A program made the position numbers and the translations under genes. A stretch of DNA of 47,497 bases, the filler included, from Catajapyx aquilonaris (Eukaryota): assembly GCA_000934665.2 (NCBI GenBank). It is 2 parts of 2 records of this genome, joined end to end, with 100 filler letters (N's around TTAATTAATTAA, not from the genome) between each part and the next. Parts side by side here need not be neighbours in the genome. Positions count along the whole stretch, not along the records: positions 1 to 23,790 come from KZ539390.1; positions 23,891 to 47,497 come from JYFJ02005650.1. The stretch is one strand, 5' to 3'. Of this stretch, positions 22,067-33,039 are shown piece by piece. A model generated the notes under the pieces. That model saw only the letters and a program-made list of their open reading frames with translations, did not search any database and was not told the origin of the DNA. Every line of letters starts with the position of its first letter. The first letter of the stretch is position 1.

Positions 22067-23285
22067 ATGAAGCTTCTCTTCGTGGCGATTGTCCTCCTGG
22101 CCTGTGTGGCCTTTACTCTGGTAAGTCACTATAATATCAAACAGTACGCGGTTTCCACTAGAAACACCTTATTTTCATGCCACGTAGTTATTATGCCATA
22201 TTATATTGCATGGAATCCCTTAATTAAAGTTAAGATATTTCAGGAGGAACATTAACTTCAACACCGTATTCAGTTCCTTTGTTGCGATAGGAAAAAAAAA
22301 CGTGACATAGATTTCTACAAGATAATAACAGTCCTTTTTTTACATTCAACTTGTCATATTCCTAGGGATTTGCCCGGAGGTCAAGACGTGGTGATGATCA
22401 AGTGACCGGATGTCAAGGTAAGTCCATTTATCTCTGCACTCGATCAGTTGACTGACGCCATTTGTTTTCTTTCATTTGCTTATACTTATTTAGACGGAGC
22501 ATGCGCATTCCCGGTGAGTACATGCACACCAGTTGAAGTGTTACATGATTCACAAACAATATGTACGCAAGTCCAGCTAACATAACCCCGCATTGTTTCA
22601 GGGAAGCAAGCAGGTGAAGGCAAGTGATGATGCCAACGGGTACAACAATGATTCAGGTAGAGCATGCCTATACCACACGACCAATGGATGTTTCAAAAAG
22701 ATTGTACTCTATATAAAAGTTCGCACGGTTATTTCAGGGGCGTTTAAGGTGCTTCGTGTGAGGAGGGACAACAAGAAAGGGAAGAAGAAGAGGAAGAAGA
22801 CGGGTGGAGGCGGGAAGAAGAATGGAGGTGGAGGAGAGGATGGAGGCGACGGTGGTGGAGGAGGAGAAGGAGGAGAAGGAGAAGGAGGAAAAGGAAAGAA
22901 GAAAATAGGAAAAGGAAAAGGAAAAGGTGGTGGGACAGGAGGCGGGGGAGGAGAAGGAGGGNNNNNNNNNNNNNNNNNNNNNNNNNNNNNNNNNNNNNNN
23001 NNNNNNNNNNNNNNNNNNNNNNNNNNNNNNNNNNNNNNNNNNNNNNNNNNNNNNNNNNNNNNNNNNNNNNNNNNNNNNNNNNNNNNNNNNNNAGGAAAAG
23101 GAGGAGCCGGAGGAGTCGGGGGCGGAGGCAAAGCAGGAGCCGGGGGAGGGGTCGGAGGCAATATGGGAGTCAATGTCGGAGGCAATATGGGAGTCAATGT
23201 CGGAGGCAATATCGGAGGAGGGGCAGGAGCAGGAGCTGGGGTCGGCGGAGAGGCCGGAAACTACGCCGGAAACTACGGTGGATGA
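22067..23285 (+). CDS. Secreted-precursor family gene I, Gly/Lys/Glu-rich tail (contains N gap 22962-23092)
   Basis: Exons 22067-22120 (MKLLFVAIVLLACVAFTL), 22366-22417 (GFARRSRRGDDQVTGCQ), 22494-22513 (DGACAFP), 22602-22656 (GSKQVKASDDANGYNNDS), 22738-23285 (GAFKVLRVRR DNKKGKKK...GGNMGVNV repeats...NYGG*). Confidence 0.87.
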
Positions 23286-23790
23286 AGAAAGGAAGGAGGT
23301 GAAGGAGGCCCAACGACAAAGAAATCTCTGAATTTAATGTATTCAAATATATTACACTATATTACACCCGTGTTTGGTTCCTCATTTTATCCGGCTTTGT
23401 AAGACACTGTAACAATAGTAAATACTAGCAGGATACCCGGCGTTGCTCGGGTTATGAAAGACTTTTCCATGTAGGTCGTTGATTTGGTAGTAACCTTTGA
23501 AATAATTATGGCTATACAATGTTGGGATACCTGTTACATGGAGCATATTGCATGACTGTGCATGAAGTCCAAACACCAAACTGCGGATGTCAGATTGTAA
23601 GAGAGAGTACACAATACGCCTTAAAAATCCAGCAGGCTGGTTCCATTTCAATCCAGACGGTGGGTGCCCAGTCATGGTCTTCGATTTTTTTAAAAAAAAT
23701 ATATGTGAAACCCACATCCAATTGAACCCTTATGGAGCAATCAGTTTTACGAGATTAAATTTAGTTATCGATATATTATTATTTCTTTCA

Positions 23791-23890
23791 NNNNNNNNNN
23801 NNNNNNNNNNNNNNNNNNNNNNNNNNNNNNNNNNTTAATTAATTAANNNNNNNNNNNNNNNNNNNNNNNNNNNNNNNNNNNNNNNNNNNN
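23791..23890. other. Artificial assembly linker: 44 N + TTAATTAATTAA + 44 N
   Basis: Exactly 100 nt, symmetric, central 12-mer gives stop codons in all six frames. Confidence 0.9.
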
Positions 23891-24129
23891 AAAAAGTATT
23901 AAAAAAAAGTATTGCAAAGGAGGTAAGCTGACCGCCTGAGAGCGCTGGGAGTGGGCATCGACTGTGCTGCTCCTGCTGACTGGCAGCCAGAAACTTACTC
24001 TCCCACCCCTCTCTCCCCTCCTTCCGACCCTGCCTTCTTCTGCCACATGATATCATCCCTGACGAGGAAATCTGGCGGGGGCCTGCTCCACATGCGGCTT
24101 CACCACTCCCGCCAACCCCTCCCATCTTC

Positions 24130-24890
24130 AGCCCAAAGAAATTTAAAATTTCAGCCAAAATGGCTGAAAGAATGGAAGTGGTTAAGTTACTCAAAGAAAG
24201 TTGATGGAGCCTTTTGCAAATATTCTGTACTGTTTTACAAAAGGTGTGTGTTGGTAAAGGGAGCCACCAAAAAATGGGGCTGTTGTGTTGTGAGAAATTT
24301 AGTAACTGGAAAAAAGCGAAAGAATGTTTCACTGAGCTGGAGCGAAGTTCTTATCACCGGGACAATGTTGAAATAGCCCACACTATAATTAAAATTGAGA
24401 CAAGTCAACAAGATCCAATTAATTTGCACCTAAAGAGAGAAAGAAAGAGATTTTGGAAAACACAAATAAGTTGATGCGAATTGTTGAGACTGTGCTCTTT
24501 TGCGGGAGACTGGGTTTAAGGGGTCATAGGGGTAGCATAAGAGTTGGAGAAGACGCAGAAGGGAATGAAGGGAATTTGAGCTTTTAAGGTACCGAGCAAA
24601 GTATGATGATAACCTCCAATAGTCACTATCTAATAGTAAAAGTAATCCATTACACACAAGTTGGAAGATACAAAACGAAATTGTTGAAATAAGCAACAGC
24701 CTTATTCTTGATGGACTGGTGGCAATGATAGATTCATCATTGTTTTGATTCCATGACATCAAATGTGGAGGAACAATTTTTGCAATTTGTACCTCTGGAA
24801 GATCTTACAGGCAAAGGAATTTCAGTTGCAATTATTGATACGCTCAAGGCTCTTGGAATAGATTTGAGCAAAATGCGAGGTCAAGGTTAC
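24130..24890 (+). mobile_element. Degenerate hAT transposase (TTF-type zinc finger / ZMYM1-like DUF4371 region)
   Basis: Fragments across frames: LKFQPKWLKEWKWLSYSKKVDGAFCKY, FSNWKKAKECF..LERSSYH, TSWKIQNEIVEI, FVPLEDLTGKGISVAIIDTLKALGIDLSKMRGQGY; frameshifts and stops. Confidence 0.85.
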
Positions 24891-25039
24891 TTCAAACCTC
24901 CACCACCAGATACTTGGGGATGGTAAAAATCTATAAGGCAATTTGTCACTGTGTTCAACCATATCAGATGCCTCAAAAATCTCAGAAGAACTGATCACAG
25001 TCATGTGACCGCAAGAAATGGTGCTCATTATGCAAATAC

Positions 25040-25188
25040 TGTATCATCAGTTCAAAAAGAATTGTCCCAGTCATCCTGATGTGTGTGCTGCCCGCTCGAC
25101 ACACACCATGTAACTTACATGGTGTGTGTCGAGCGGCCAGCCCACATGTCAGGATGACTGGGACAGTTCTTTTTGCACTGTTGATACA
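25040..25188. repeat. ~150-bp near-perfect palindrome (MITE or hairpin)
   Basis: Centre ...cgctcgacacacaccatgtaa c ttacatggtgtgtgtcgagcg...; arms extend to tgtatcatcag / ctgttgataca. Confidence 0.85.
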
Positions 25189-26448
25189 TAAGAAACTGAT
25201 TCCAGTGTACCCTGCGATGCTATGCTCAGGGTGAGGGTGTACCTGCTATGAGGTATAGGGTGAGGGTCACTGTTCACGAAATGATGTTTACGAAAGGATC
25301 TCATTTCATTAACCAGCGGTTGGATGAGGTGTTTGAACTAATTTTTTACATTAAACAGCGCATTTTGGAGAAACTTACTGAATTCACACCCTATCTATAA
25401 TATTAAAATGCTTCGGACTATGACCGAGTCCTACTATTGGTCCACCGCCAAATTGTTGCCGCCACTTTCTCATCGGCCCGCATTCTACCTAGCCTTCTTG
25501 ATTCTACCATGCGCCATGGGGTGTAAACAACTCTGTTGGGTTGCTGGGGAAACTGTCCATTCCTTCTCTGTATTGTTGCCCAGTTGGCACTACTGTGAAG
25601 TTCTTTACAGAGTCAGTTCCCTTTAAGGAGCAGCAGACACAAGACAGACATGTGCTCACTTCTCATTAATTGGGCCGTTCGAAGACTGCTGGAGGGCTAA
25701 CGTTACACCCTCTCCTGGCGATATGGTGCGCCGAATAGATACCCCAGGCCTGTGCCTAGAAAAGAGCGAGCGAAGCGAGTGGTTGTCTAGGCCTGTGCCC
25801 TAGGAAAATACGAGCGCAGCGAGGGTTTTCCTAGTCTTTCTTAAATGTATATTAGCTGTAACTCCATGTTTAATATGTGTGTAAATGAAAATATACGTAC
25901 CCCTTTTCAAAAATTATTACAGTGAAACGTATGTATAGCATAGTTGCATCGTACTATTCAAAAGAAGATATCCCAAAGTGTAATGTTGTGGCTAAATATG
26001 TTTAAATTTTTGTTATGTTGTCAACCACTTATATAACCCTTTTGGGGATTATTTCTTTGGAGCATTATTGAGCACTGCTCTAATAAGCAGCTTATGAGTT
26101 ATGAATAATTGTTTTATATGCCACTCCCTTCCAGTGCAGTGGCTTGATAAGCTCGAGAATTCACAGCTCTGCTCTCTCTGCATTAAGATGCACAGAAACT
26201 GAAAATGTTGTGCAGTCTTCCTATTAGCGACTTGGCAACGCAGTGTATTACAATATTCGAATGTGTAGTGAAAATAACATGTCATACTAGAGGCTAGATA
26301 AATAGCTATATAAAAAAGAGCGGGATTCCGAAGTCGATATTTCCTCATGACCACCATTTTGATGGATTACAGGTTAATTAGAGCTTAAAAACTTGGGGAC
26401 TCGGGCTTTTTACATTCAGGAATTCATGTCGTATCTGCAACGTATATA

Positions 26449-27730
26449 CGAGGGGAGATCAAAATACTCGTATCCTGAGGTAGAATCGCACACTGTAGAA
26501 CCAGGGAGCATATACTACTGTAGTATATGCTCCCTGGTAGAATGGTATCTACCTTACGATTTTTCGATGTAGTCCCCTCTGAGTGTAACACACTCGTATT
26601 CCAACGGTGATCCAAAGCTTCTATGCCGTGCAGAAAAAAGATATTCTCCTGCCCCTGCAACCATCAGTCAGTAACAGCTGTCTTCAATTCTTGGTCGCCT
26701 GAAAATCTGGTCCCGCGAGGTGGAAGTCTGAAGGTGCCATGGATCTGGGGAAGGGGAGGGGGGNGGGGGGTGTTCAAATAGCTGGAAGCCGCAGTCATGG
26801 CAACATGTGACGAATGTGCTGGAGCGTTGTCCTGATGCAACAAGACGCACCTCGCCGCAATTTTCCGCGTGTTTTGGCCTTGATTTCCTCACGCAACTTG
26901 TGAAGAAGGTCAGCATAATAAGTCCCCGTGATGGTTCTGCCATGTTCCAAGAAGTCCACCAGGATTGGAGGCCAACACCTTACCCGCCGATGATTGAGTG
27001 TGAAACTTGCGGGGGGGATCAGTGTGCCGCCACTCCTTGCTCTGCTGCTTTGTTTCCTGATCATAGTGGTCAACCCATACCTCATCTTGGGTCACATATC
27101 TGGACATAAACAGCTCTGGATCCGAGCGGAAGAGGTCCAGGGAGGCCTGGAACAGTTTCGTGCGAACTCGTTTCTGATCGGGATTCAGCATTTTTGGTAC
27201 CCACCTCGCCGACACCTTGTGAAATCCCAAGATGTCCACCAAAATGCTCTGGACCGACCCGTAGGAAATGCTTACGACGCGACGGTGGATTTTCCATCAT
27301 CATGTCGTGAATGGCATCGACGTTTTCGTCAGTCGTGGAGGTCTGGGGCCGACCAAGGCGGGGTGCATCTTCAACACTTTCTCGGCCGCATTTGAATTCC
27401 CGTACCCACTTCTTAACCATCTCATAAGAAGGAGCACCATCACCTTCAGTATCCTTCATGTCGTTATGGATCTCAATTATGTATGTCAGTTGAGCCAAAC
27501 CTTTCTTGTGGAGGTACTTAATCACAGCATGGGCCTCGATTTTGTCAATTTTTGAAGGCATCCCGCACCTTGCCTCACACTCCACACTGTGACATTGCCA
27601 GAAATGGTGCGATTCGTCTGAAACTCGTCATGTGGCTTTCAAAATGTCTACCCTGCCACTGGGTAGAGCCACGTGCTTTTATACAGTTACGCCATCCACC
27701 TCAGGGTACGAATTTTTTGATCTGCCCTCG
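26449..27730 (-). mobile_element. Full-length (1282 bp) mariner element with frameshifted transposase
   Basis: TIRs cgaggggagatcaaaa / ttttgatctgccctcg flanked by TA; minus-strand fragments AVIKYL..., VKKWVREFKCGRESVEDAPRLGRP, HKVSARWVPKML, YVTQDEVWVDHYD, HQDNAPAH in different frames. Confidence 0.95.
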
Positions 27731-30070
27731 TAAAGGGCATCTTTTCTGCCAGAACTCCTCCCGCTGTGTATGGCCTACACCCCCTACAGCATTGGGAGTG
27801 CTGGTGTCGAAATTTAGCCCGCGTTTTCTATATTTGCAATAAACTTTTGTTTTTTGGAAACGGTGTCGAGGAACTTGGTAAAGCTCAAAAAAATGAAAAA
27901 AACGAAAGAAAAAAAAAGGCCGACCACGGAGTTTCCATTTCTGCCGTTACGGGCTGGGTGGCGTTACCGGCTGGGTGCGCCTTTACTTCTCCGCATCACC
28001 GTCGGATGTCGCGGTGCGCGTCCCCCCCCCCCTTTCACCCTCCACTTTCGCACTTTTGCTTAATTTTTTGCCAAGTTTTGGCAACTGGACCCTAGTACTG
28101 TATTAATTTGCTTACCAACCACTATTGTATCAATCTGCCTGCATCACCTACTGTCGTGTTATTTTGGGTGCAGGTCAGCAGGGCCCGTGGAGGATTCGGC
28201 AAAATATAATAAAAATATACGGTACAAGGAAGTGATTCAAAGTTTCCCTTATTCCCTCACAAGCTTCGGCAGGCCATGTCGCCCCTACTCCATCGAAGTT
28301 ATAAAAATGGTCGAAAGATGGCTAGATGGTTCAGTAGCCCATGAGAAAACTGCCAGGTATATCGAAGGAAACGATAAAATACCACTTAGCTCGATTTCAT
28401 AGTAGGCCTATTATATATGTATCGTGTCAGATGAAAGGATCTGTTTGCAAGATAAGTTTAGGCGCATATCGCTGTGATGTGAGTCGTTCCCGTGAACTGA
28501 GGAGGGATTTACAGATCTCTTCCTCCTCTCCCACGACCACATGCTTGATACCCGCCACGCAGGGAAAAATCTTGGTTGCGCCGGATGACATCATTTTAGA
28601 CGTTCCAACATACGTGACTGTCATCATTGGTCATTCAAAACAGGTGGTGTACTGTACTCCCTTTCACCCGTGGGATCCAAGGTGGGATCCCAGTTTCGAT
28701 GCCTGGGTCAAGCGGATTTTCCAAGGGATTTTCTCATGTGGGAGGTGATCCGATAGGTTCTGTACTTGTTTGCTTGGGTTTTCTTGGAGCACTCCCTTTC
28801 TCCCACAATCTCCTCGAGATTACTGCTTCATTTAACGACCCTGTTGCTACGCATGTTTATGAAAATGTGTTACAATTGCGTGCGAAGAAAAGGAGACTGG
28901 GACGGTACTGCGCACTTTTTTCGATCGAACTTCCCATCACGCCTTTCGTTTTGGTCAATAATGGATAGATATTTATTTGGTTGCAACCGTGGTTTCAAAA
29001 TACGATTTTTCCGTGATTTAAGCGAACTTACAGGCACAAAATTGGATATGTGAGGTAGGTATGGTCTTTGCATGTTGTGATGCCACCATCAGAAGATTGG
29101 ACTGTCAAATATAGGATACCGGTATTAGTTTTTCTCCGATGCACTATACCTCTGTCCAAACAAAAGGTTGTGGTCAGACATACCGGTACCTATAACCATC
29201 AGGACTCGAGTATGTGTGTTTGTTTTGCCTAGACACTTGAACTGGGACGAGTGCTGATTGTGTAGCGCCAGGTTACGTCAGACCGAAACTTTTTAAAAGT
29301 GCATATCATAGCGCAACTTGCACTGTTATTGCGAAGTGCAAAACTGAACTGATTATAATAAGTTTTTAACATCTCTTTTAAGGCTTACGATGGATGCATA
29401 TCTCAAGAGGAGGCCAAGGCCCTACTTCAAGACATAATGGTGAGTAATTAATTTTTTGTTATATGCAAGACGATTCGAAATACTGTATTTCTGAGAGTTG
29501 AGGAGAATGTGCTTGTCTCCTGCCATGGAAAGGTTGTTCTGAGTTTATTCCTATTGGCTCATGCATGCTCAAATCCGCAGCGTTTAATACAGCCCCCTGT
29601 CACTTCCCCCCAAGTTGTATGGATACGGTAGTTTAATTTCTGTGTGGCCGCCAGGCTGGGAATTTGGCGCTGGCGCTTGGCGGCGCTACATCGTTCGCTA
29701 TCCGCCATCTTTTTCAAGGTGCACTCTAGTGGTAAGTCTGCGCAACTGCGCAAGGAAAGAAAAATTCAGCCAATCGCGGCAGACTACCCGCTACCTACCA
29801 CAGGAGTTGCAATTTGAACAAGATGGCGTCTTAGCTAACGATGTGACACAGATTTTACACTACCGTATTCGAGGAGTGTCATACACCTGGTTTAATAATA
29901 GCCAGAGAGCCACATAGAGTTATTGCTTTAGTTTCTTCCTAATCAAACTGTCCGCCTTGCGCGCCGTAGGCTAAGGAAAATACAATAATTGTTATTTTGC
30001 CAATCTGTACGCTGGGACCCGGGACCCGGTAAATATTGTAGTTTCGGAATATCGCAGGGCTTTGTATCTA

Positions 30071-30841
30071 CAGGGTGGGCGAAAAGTCCCAGGACACCTG
30101 GCTTTTTTTGCCTGCAAAACAAATCTGTGCATGGAAAATGTGTCGGAGATGCTGGTGTAACATCTTCTGGACCCTGACGGAACTGTTTGATGAGGGGAGA
30201 TATCTGACGACCCCCAACAACACCCACAATAAATTAACAATGTTAACAGTGCAAGATGGCGGATACGAGCGGGTTCACTGTGGAGGAGAGACTTGTGGCT
30301 ACTGTGTGGGTCCACGAGAGGCCTCATACGGGAAAGAACCTAACGCACATCATGCAGGATATCAGGGCTCGTTTTGGTAAGGCGCCACTGAGAAGAAGTA
30401 ACTTGTTCAAGTGGGAGAAAAAAGCATTTAGCAAGGGAAGTGTCTTTCACGCTTCCCGTCTTTCACATTTCACATGCTGAATGCTTTTTTCTCCCACTTG
30501 AACAAGTTACTTCTTCTCAGTGGCGCCTTACCAAAGCGAGCCTCAGGTGATATCCTGCATGATGTGCGTTATGTTCTTTCCCGTATGAGGCCTCTCGTGG
30601 ACCCACACAGTAGCCACAAGTCTCTCCTCCACAGTGAACCCGCTCGTATCCGCCATCTTGCACTGTTAACATTGTTAATTTATTGTGGGTGTTGTTGGGG
30701 GTCGTCAGATGTCTCCCCTCATCAAACAGTTCCGTCAGTGTCCAGAAGATGTTACACCAGCATCTCCGACACATTTTACATGCACAGATTTGTTTTGCAG
30801 GCAAAAAAAGCCAGGTGTCCTGGGACTTTTCGCCCACCCTG
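30071..30841. mobile_element. Foldback non-autonomous Tc1/mariner-type element made of two inverted copies of a transposon 5' end
   Basis: ~363-bp arms (30071-30433, 30475-30841) starting TA|CAGGGTGGGCGAAAAGTCCC; each carries a transposase N-terminal HTH (MADTSGFTVEERLVATVWVHER...RARFGKAPLRRSNLFKWEKKAF). Confidence 0.88.
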
Positions 30842-31287
30842 GTACTGTCATGCAACCACAGTAGGGGTATTTCGGCGGCCATCTTGCAAGAGGCCATTAG
30901 ATGTGATGGCGACAGGATGGGGAAGGATGGCGGGAGCATGGCAGCGTAGCTTCCGATATTGATTGCGGAATTTGTTTGTAAATAGTTTAACCCGAAAAGT
31001 GTACATACCCATGCCATGGGTTGCGCAGGCAATATCATTCGAAATAAGGTGAAGGAAGCCCCACCCCAACGCAGTGCAAACTTCGACTCGGGCTACCGTT
31101 CAAATCAACGCTAGTATTTACATCGCGATGAGGGAAGAAACTATCATTCCGGCCAATTTTCGCCACCTTGGATCGTTAATTTGGGGCAATACGCCACCCT
31201 GTATAGCATGCTACGAGGCAATAATAAAATATGAAATGCCAGGAATGTTGGGGCATATTCTGGCTACATAGCTAGAAGATACATATA

Positions 31288-31333
31288 CAGGGTTTTCCGA
31301 TAGCTGTTCGGACAAAAGAGTCGAGACACCCTG
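31288..31333. mobile_element. 46-bp remnant with CAGGGT/ACCCTG ends and TA flanks
   Basis: tata cagggtt...acaccctg tata; ends resemble those of the 30071-30841 element. Confidence 0.4.
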
Positions 31334-32035
31334 TATAAGCTATGTGAATGCCACCTTAGATGAGATGAGATCGTATATACAGAACTGAAAATATATTTCG
31401 GTCCTGACCATTTCTGCTATGAGATAAGTGTTATGTTTGTCACTATTGAACCATACACAACCTCTCCCCTCTGAGCAAAACACTTCAATTAGTAGTCACA
31501 AATCAGTCTTTCTGGTGGCTTGTCGCCTCGCTTTGGCTCTTTTCTGCCACCCTTTTAGGCCCCCAGGCTGCCTGGCTTCCCCTGGTGGGACATCCCCAAT
31601 GGCTGCTTCCCTCTGGTTTTACTCTGCAGTATTGCCTCCTTGGCTGTAGGCCTCGCTGTCCTCTGGCTCACCACTGGGGTTGCTGACAGCTGCTGGTAAC
31701 CCCCGTCTGTCTACCTCAGCTCCTGATGCCCCCTCTCGGTTGGCCCCAGCCCCTGCTGCCCCCTCATGGTCTGTCCTGGCCCCAGCTGCACCCTATTGGT
31801 CAGCATTGGCCCCCTCATGCTGGTCGCGGAATGACTACCAGCAATAGCAGCTTCTCTTCCCTAATGCGGAAATTGGCCTCAAGTTGCTCCAGCACTTCAC
31901 CATCTGGAGTCCTCCGTCTCTCCAACTCCCGCAGCCTTTTGGTCAGATCTGCATTAGCTTTCAGCAACCTCTGGTTTTCCCCTGTCATGTTGCGTGTCTT
32001 TTCTCTTTGACCTTCGATCCCCCGAAGCTTCTCCT

Positions 32036-32470
32036 TCAGTTCGGCGAGCTCTTCCTTGTACTCTTCCGAGGGTCCTCTTCAGCTGGTGCTGTGGACTTTC
32101 CTCTAGAGTCTAGACCACCATTATTCCTGTGGTGAACGCTGTACACTTCGGTCCCCAGGACCGCAAACCAATTGCGTCCTAGCAGGCTCAGGCCGCTTCC
32201 TCTCACCACCATTAATGGCAAGTCTCGTACCATGCCACGGGAGGTGACCTCCACGCCCACCTTCCCCAGAACAGTCAGCTTCCTCGCTGACCAGGTGTTC
32301 AGCTGGCAGGATGCCTTATGCAGCTGCCTAGCTCCCCTCTTCTGCAGGGTCTTCCAGGTCTCCTCACTAACCATCGTGAAGGAGCACCCGTGTCCACCTC
32401 CATAGGCACCTCCACACCATTCACCACCACCTTGGTCCGGATAGGTTCAACAGCTGCATGCGCTACCAAT
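32036..32470 (-). mobile_element. Ty3/Gypsy (K02A2.6-like) retropepsin fragment, frameshifted
   Basis: VEPIRTKVVVNGVEVPMEVDTGA then, in another frame, MVSEETWKTL...LTVLGKVGVEV...LPLMVVRGSGLSLLGRNWFAVLG: aspartic protease DTGA and LLGRNW motifs. Confidence 0.85.
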
Positions 32471-33039
32471 GCACCAAATTTCATGAAAATCCGCAACTGG
32501 CCCTTGGAAAGAGTCCCTTGTGAGTTCCAGAAGTCGTAACTTTTGACCGTGTATGTAGGCATTCGCCGAAACGGTTTGCATTTTGTTTAATAACTTACCT
32601 GCGTATATTATTGTGCCAAGTTTCATTCAGCAACTCCATTTACAACACTTACAGTTCCCTTGTGAGTACAGATCAAATAATTATATCAATGGGATATAAG
32701 CAAAGCTGTTTCTTCAGGTGAATACTCACCTAATCTGGCGACACGAAGTCCTGGATAATATTATCATATGGAAGATGGCTCACTAGCGCCAACCAAGTGC
32801 TTCGAATTCACATCCGCACTGCCGACCCATTTGAACACTCGAAGGAACTTGCTATTTTCACCATAAAAAGTATGCTTCGATGTGATTTTACGTTACATGT
32901 AATCCAACCATCACGGATTCTAGTTGGATGACAGTTCAGAGGAGCATCCTTGATGGGTCCAATAATGATGATATACGTAGGAGACACATTGATTTTCGAC
33001 GGCTGTGTCTAATCGAGTGAAAAATCCCGGGTTCAAAAT

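Noticed and set aside
3689..23209. Minus-strand Ser/Leu/Phe/Pro-rich ORFs opposite the tails
   Set aside because: Antisense shadows of purine-rich exon-5 sequences; no signal, promoter or splice support.
18720..23331. Alternative-frame Glu/Arg-rich ORFs (18720-19262, 20941-21165, 22927-23331) as real genes
   Set aside because: Phase-1 splicing from exon 4 and the conserved RVR(R/K) motif select the Gly-rich frame; kept only as support for the frameshift hypothesis.
28187..29073. Cluster of overlapping short ORFs
   Set aside because: No recognisable motif or consistent splice structure; probably decayed repeat sequence.
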